Of a stretch of 55,625 nt of DNA, positions 48,763-55,625 are shown piece after piece. The stretch comes from Asterionella formosa (lineage: Eukaryota). Under the pieces are notes generated by a model. That model was not told where the DNA came from. It worked only from the letters and a program-made list of their open reading frames with translations, and ran no database searches. The DNA is taken from assembly GCA_002256025.1 (NCBI GenBank), contig NKIB01013557.1, positions 1 to 55,625 on the forward strand, written 5' to 3'. Positions within the stretch are counted from its first letter, which is position 1, and the number at the start of each line of letters is the position of its first letter. Made by a program: the position numbers and the translations under genes.

Positions 48763-49475
48763 ATGGATCCAGATGATGCAACTGCATTGCAACAACTACA
48801 ACAAGATGAAGACGAGAGGAGACATCATGATTCCAATCAAGGACAAGAGGAGGTCATAGTAGTACTTGCGTATGTAAATACATGGATTGCATTTTACCAC
48901 CAGAGATTGACAAACAAGCAAGGCAGCACCATTAGAGAACGTGACGCACGGAAAGCGAAGAAGGAAGCAAATAAAATGAAGTCCTTAGAGCTCATGAATT
49001 TATCAAATATCAGGGGTAACACAAGAGCAAAATCAATAATGAGCCAGCACCAGTCTGAACATGAAGTCTTTCTGTTATATCTGTATAAACATGGTGAGGA
49101 CCAGCTACTAGGACCCGAGATGCTAGCGCAAATCAGAAATGTCACTGATGATATTGACGGCATTTCCATTCATATGAAGAAAGCAAGATAAGTCCTCTCT
49201 ACAGGAAATTTGAGGACTTAAAGCCTACAGACTTCGCAAAGTATCTTGGGACCCTCTGTGATCCAGTGACAGGCTGTCTAATTAGTCAGAAGAAGTATAA
49301 AAACAAGAAGACATCATCACTTTACGACCTGTCTAAAAGACAATTTTGATGTGATGAGCTGAAAGATCTCATTGCTGGCGTTAAACGAATTGCAAGTAAG
49401 GCAAAACAAGATGGGATGGTTAGCCTTGAGGAGGGAAAACGTGAATTGACAATCAACCTGTACCGAAAAATAAAC
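48763..49475 (+). pseudogene. N-terminal part of a Crypton-type (CryptonS-like) tyrosine recombinase
   Basis: FLLYLY; DFAKYL...KYKNK...SLYDL; LIAGVKRIASKAKQDGMVSLEEGKRELTINLYRKI matches the core-binding region and linker (G-x-KR...Q-x-G...EGK) of stramenopile Cryptons. The catalytic domain is absent. Confidence 0.65.
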
Positions 49476-50109
49476 ATGATATTAAGATTGTTGCATAGCT
49501 AGCTTTGGATGACAGTGAATATTTTTCTATCCATACATGAGTATATTTTCCCCTCAAACCGTGATTACTTTTACTCCGTTCATACTACAGAAATTCTTTA
49601 CGTATTACGGTACTTCACCGTTTTTGCGTGATGCAGTGCTGTGTGTGCTTTTCGCGCTTGCATCATCACCAAATTCTTCTAATGCATAGTGTATTCGAAG
49701 GCACAATGACGTCGTACAAACATTAAATTATACTAAATTAATTCTATGGGAAGAATATTATTATTTTTGTCCATGTACATGTGCACGTGCACAAAACACG
49801 ATGCCAGCTCACTAGAGTAAACATGAAGATTTCCATTTTTCGCAATTTCTTCTCGACTGCAACCTTTGGGCCTTAATAAGTAGTTAACAACTTACACAAT
49901 TCAACAATACAAGTACGTACATATTTACTCGCTATATAAATCTGAACAGCTCCTTCATGACAATAATTAATGTGTCTTCCAAACTAAGTTGCTTACAGTT
50001 TTTGAGTGGTAACAGGTATCAGGGTACTGGTCCTGGTCCTGGTAGTATGGTACTACACATACCTAGTATGGCCGTTAGGGTTAAGGTCATGCCAAAAGGG
50101 ATAGATGAA

Positions 50110-51115
50110 TCTTTGGCTCACATTATCCAATAAATCTTTTATGCCCCGGATAAAAAATTTTCCTCATAATCAATCAGACCTATAGGACTGCATTCATGAG
50201 ATGGATTGTCCATTTGATCAAACGGACAATCACATTCACAACACATTCTGGCAGTCTTCAGATATGTTTTCTTTCGCCCGAATTGTCCATCTAAACCTTC
50301 AGCATCACAAAGAATTAGACCAGCCGGAACTTTCGCATAACCAGCTTGTTGGACGTTCTTGACCCCCTCAAGAATCACACCAAGGACGGCGTGGTCATCG
50401 GATTCTTTTTGATCAGGGGTTAGGGACTGGATGGATTTCAGATAGACTTGATGAGGTCAGCTTTGTGATCAACCCAATTTGCCGCCATCCATTGACCTAT
50501 TTCTTACATTGGTAGTAAATATACCAAATGACATTAAGACACCCTCCATCATTGTGCACTTTCCTTTTTCGACCGTGGTGTGTGTCTTGTCAATAAAGAA
50601 CATGAGTGGAACAAGAAAGTCAATCGGCTGGCTGAGTACATAAGTATTCATGGGCATCAAGCCACCAGCTAACACTGAGAAATTCGGATCTGACAAACTG
50701 GTTGGTTGTGGTGCTTTACACGGATTGTCGAAATCAAATGACACATTCTGTGATAACCTGCTGAGCCATGAAATCAAAAAATACAACATCAATAGATTTT
50801 CCATCATGCAAGGCAATATGGCCTGTTTCACTTGGGGCGTTAAGTCATTCATATCAAATCGGTTTTGAAATTCTTTCAGAGCAGTGGTCCTCCTGGGGGG
50901 ACAAGATTCAAAAATGAATCCAGCTTCCTGAGCTGTGCTGCAGAAATTGATTGATGAACTCCATCATATTCTTCCTGACCGTTGTCTGGAGCAGTTGCTG
51001 GCTTACAAAACAACTCAGCAGCTGTTTCGCATTCGGGGCTATGAGCGTAATGGTGATTAAGGGAAACAAATGGACCCTTACTACCGCATATCAAACAGCA
51101 ATCGTCGTCGTTCAT
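50110..51115 (-). pseudogene. Plavaka-like transposase of a second lineage, with an N-terminal Cys/His zinc finger
   Basis: Motifs CLICGSKGPFVSLNHHYAHSPEC; LVPLMFFIDKTH...EGVLMSFGIFTTNVRN; HAVLGVIL; LILCDAEGLD...CCECDCPFDQMDNP. Confidence 0.75.
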
Positions 51116-52287
51116 GGTGATTAAAACGAATTAAAAAGTGATTTTGTATTTGTTTTGCTTATAGAATGAAGAAACGATAGATATTTGACCAATCATTTGC
51201 AAAACCACAAAAAACATTATCTCTTTCAATTCAATTTAGCACCGCTATACATCAATTACTGCCTTCCCTAATGCCAGCCCCCACTTGCTAGAGATATCAC
51301 TGTAGACTATGCCTCTCATTTTTGACTGACTACAACGATATCATTCGATGAACACTTATTTATTATGCGGCTGCTATTTCTATAGAGTCACCGGTATAAA
51401 ATCAGATCTACTAAAGTTTCTCATCCTTTGCTGTATTAACTAAATTTTATTTGATAAAATTATCATTGTAGATGACGAATTGAAGCCGCTACGAAAAGAA
51501 AATAGCTTTGGTTGCAGCTCTTATTTTCGACTGACTACAATGACATGATCATCAGATGAACGCTAATACATGCAACAGCTATTTCTATGTATACAAATTT
51601 GCAAATTCGATTGATCTGCTACAGCTATCATAGATTTTCCTTGTTCTCACTCTGCCAATGTTGTTCCATTTCTACAGACATCAATCTGAGCAACGAAGAT
51701 GCGACGCTGGTGCCGTAGTTGCTATGAATCGATCTAGTAGATAGTTACAGACAGTACTAGCCAAGAAAGCTTGCGATTACTTACAGCATTCAGCTGCATG
51801 AACGAATGTGCATTGCTTGTTCTTGTTGGTTTGATAATATGGTGTTATAGCTAGAAAGTATCAATATATACAATATAGCGAAGCGATTTATTTGATTGAT
51901 TTAATATATCATTCTATTTGCGATTGTAGATTTATTTTATCGATTTTGAAAAAATTGAAATGTTGATTGATTACATATAATTATTTTTTTGACTAGGGGG
52001 AAAAACAGTAATTTTCTGACCAGAGCGCAACGTAGACTCACCTGTAGAATAGACTCCTGGTACACTTTAATTGGTAGTAACTTAGTATGCTGTTTCGTAT
52101 TCCACGTTTGCGGAATAATAATAATAATTTTGTTTTGTTTTTTGACTAGTAGCATATATATTTGTTTACCCTTACTTTTTTTAACAACGCAACTTGCAAC
52201 TTTCTGGTGTATTTTTACATCCTCTACACTAGTGCTGGCCCTATGGCCCTCCCTACGTGCTGCTGCTGAATTTTCCGCCCCCACCAT

Positions 52288-55200
52288 CGTCTGTAAATAA
52301 AAAATATCATGAAAATATGATCAAGGGTATCGTACGCTAAGTGGCACAGGATTTTCACATGTATGATAGTTTTTCGATCAAAAATATGATCAATGTATCA
52401 TATAATTATGATCATGCAGTAAACGTTTACCGAGCTTGAAGTATGATGAGACTATCATAGTTATAATACCATTGCATCATATAATTAGTTAAACATGGTC
52501 ATATGATGTGTATACTTTTGTCATACATCTATCTTAGCATGATCGTAATTCTCATCGATATCACTGTCTAAAATAGGATGAAATTGATCGATATTTAGAA
52601 CTATATTTAGCTAAGAATGGTTCTATGATTCTATCATATCTTAAGTGGCTACAGAATGTTCTACAATGCTCTCATCGCAATGATTGTTGGTGCCGCTTTC
52701 ACTTCCACATTCCCCCCATTCCAATTCTGAAGGTTGTTGTACTGGTTGCCTTGCCATTGTTCCCCTGCTTGCTTTGTTCCATTTACTCCTGACAGATCTG
52801 AGTTTGCATTCACGCATTTTCCTATTACTATTTAATCCGTTTCGTTGTCCCAATCATACTAACAAAGAGAAGCAATTCATTGTTAGCTGTTCATGTGTTG
52901 GTTACACAACAACATTCACGAAGATTGAATGAGAAGTAAAGTATTGATCAATAAATGGGCTCCAACAGCCACTGCTGTTTGTAACTTACAATTACTGTTT
53001 GTCTACCATTATCCTGAAGGAAGCAACACATATGTGTCAGTTTTTCTAACATTTGTAGATTGATCCAAAGATGGCTGATAGGCAGCACTTACCGATTTCT
53101 TTTGTCCACAGCCATTGATGGTTGGCCACCAGTCACCAAATCGAAAAGGAGCTATTGAATCACTGAAAGCAAGGGGACGAGTCATTCCGTAATTGTAATC
53201 TCAACAATTGATCATCCTGGCATAAAATGATCATCCTGGCATATTCTCTTGACATGCTGTGATACTATAAACAGCTTGTTGATTCCGCCCTTCTACGCCC
53301 ATCATATTCACTCCTTCTTAGCCGCATGGTGTATTGTCACTTCAGTTTTTCGTTGCTTGAGATCCTTCATTTCAGGAAGTGGATGCAGCATGACAAGGAA
53401 CACGAAAGGCATTCGCTCTTGACTTACCATCAATTGATTCCGCCCTTCTCTTCTAAGCCGCAAGTATCGCTCATTGTGCTTTATTATCATTTTCGTTTTC
53501 CGCGTCATCATCTGTGTTAATCCTTCAATTCAGGAGCAAAGTGTATGCATGACAAGGAACCACATGAAAACATGATTTCAAATGTTTCAGCCATGAATAC
53601 ATATATATAAAGATTTATAAGAAGTTTAAATGTATATATAGTTGAACATTTGCATAGTTTGAAACACCCTCATTATACGGCACATCCTGTGTATACCAAT
53701 ATCAATTTTGATTATACATAGTTCAAATATATACAATGCATGATGAGTTCATAGTTTTCCACGACCTGTTGAGTTTTTTCAATTTTTTTGTGTCAATTCT
53801 TGTACCTACAAGTCAGTGGCTGATTTAATTTAGCCCCTTAATAAACGGGAGTCATCACCAATTTTTCAAATGGTCGAAATCATACATTTATGAATATAGA
53901 CATATTGACCAAAATTCATATGGCCTACCGGTAGTCCTGTATAATTGCTGGTAATTACTTCCATCATGGAAATACCACAATAGTGCAGCGGAAAACTGAA
54001 TATGCTCATGTGTTTAGGATCATTTGATCATCTTTTTAAGATCGATTGATCCTGATTCTTGAAAATAAATGTTGATCGTTCATTTTCTCATTAACGACAC
54101 CATTCATCATATGATCAATATGTTATGATCAAAGTTATAGGATAAACGAATCTAAATTCATTGATTAAAGATCATAGTTTATACCGGAGTAGTTGCTCAT
54201 GCATGCAACCCCTTCCTCCCCCTGTATACAGTACGGAAATGATAACCCCCAAGCTACCAAATTTTTATGTCTTGTAAGGATTATCGCAGCATGCATGCAT
54301 ACATGACTCCTACTGGTATATACAATGCGGAAATGATGACCACCAGACTACCAATCCTATAGGGCCTGTAGAATTATCGCAACATGGCTGCATATCTAAT
54401 GAAAGGGCGGGAGGAGTCACCCATGCACCTGCCTGTATAGTATGAAATATGGAAATGATCAAATATAGCTAGTCTACACAAGGAGCAGTGCATCATATAT
54501 GCCCTGCTTTTGTTATTGTTATTCCTATGAAATCTCTTGATCTGTTCTGCGCTTTTTCGGCACAATTGTTTTCATTGGCTGTTTCAGCCACTGGACAGCA
54601 TTCGAATTGATTGTGCTTTGAATGAAGAAATGATCAAAGTCCACACCCCATTGGAGAATGGTGAGTCTCACAACTAATTATCAGCCAGTCATGGACTGTC
54701 TTTGGTGCACCCTTGCTTGTTGTGTTTGTACTTGACTTGGCAGCTGTCAGCCAAGAGCAGCCATGGCATGTCACCATTTATTGTCTATACAAGTTTCGAA
54801 TGCGTTCAGCTATGATATCTTTTGCTCCCCCTCCTGAACACTATCTCACCACCCTTGTCGTAGATTTTTCTTTATCCTTCGGCTTCATTGGCCCAGGTTA
54901 CTCAATGCCTTCATCTGCAAGGAGTTCAGCCAAGCAGGTCCACGTTGGCGTCAAGAAAACCTCAACCCCGATTTTCCTCACATGCTCCACCCATTGGCTT
55001 CTTCATTGATGAAGTCGAGGTAGCTATACTGATGACATCAGGTGGCGCAGGCTTTTGTATAGATTGATGATGCTGAATTCATTGCTTCCTTTTCCCGTAG
55101 GTACCTATTTGTCAACATTGTTTGGGTCAATCTATTCTTGTTCCCGCAAGACCAGCAGAAGCAAGTATCCCTTTACTTCTCCTCTCAAGAACCATCATTT

Positions 55201-55625
55201 CTCTTTCACAATTGTCCTGATGATGTTTGCAGAGCATTTTTAGTTCCCTTGTTTTGATTTTTCCACAGGTTTCGATCCCTTTTGCATTCAAGTCAAGAAA
55301 CAGCCAAGCAACTCATTGAGATTTCTGGAGGTCTCGGTCAGTGGCATCATAAAGCAACAATCAACAGATCATGGCGGCTGCTCTACATTTTCTGTAGCAA
55401 GTGACATTCAAGAAGGGACTGGGATCATTGGGAAGAAAAATTAGTAGGATTCTCTGTGTTTGCCCCCGTCCATTTGGCAGCCATTCTACCATTGCTTCCT
55501 CTCAATCAATACTAGTATAGCTAATGAAAACCGTAATTAGATGAAATGTGACTTCCGGTTTCTAATATTTTACATTGTTGCACTACTGAAACTTGAATCT
55601 ATAAATGGGCATTCAACTTGTGCTT
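52288..55625 (+). mobile_element. Arm of a CGTCTG-family element running off the window end
   Basis: Starts CGTCTGTAAATAAAAAATATCATG. It is an inverted, diverged copy of 26586-29613 with extra segments near 53910-54075 and 54425-54600. Confidence 0.88.

Overview
Eukaryotic, TE-saturated DNA, most likely from a diatom (inferred from an Ambal-type LINE, CoDi-type Ty1/copia pieces, a CryptonS-like fragment and a diatom-style type II membrane LRR gene). Almost every long ORF is broken by stops or frameshifts, several at CpG sites. The nested structure can be read from the sequence. (1) A DNA-transposon family with termini CGTCTGCAAATA has seven ends in the window. One pair (15364-24319, about 9 kb) splits a copia gag gene whose reading frame can be restored across the insertion. 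It encloses a Plavaka-like (CACTA-related) transposase, a Ulp1/clan-CE-like cysteine protease gene and an orphan ORF; this is the best candidate for an undescribed system. (2) A 7.2 kb APE-RT-RNaseH LINE has a 14-bp TSD confirmed by an empty site elsewhere in the window. (3) Three MITE-like elements have clean TSDs (AAT, TA, TCA). (4) There are further Plavaka, Ulp1-like, pogo, copia and Crypton remnants, a 3 kb inverted duplication, perfect fold-back palindromes at truncation junctions and an exact 20-bp-period motif array. Only two host-like genes were recognised (an LRR membrane protein and a secreted Pro/Thr-repeat protein), and both are frameshifted. No rRNA, tRNA or CRISPR was found. All family calls come from motif recognition by eye; no database search was run.
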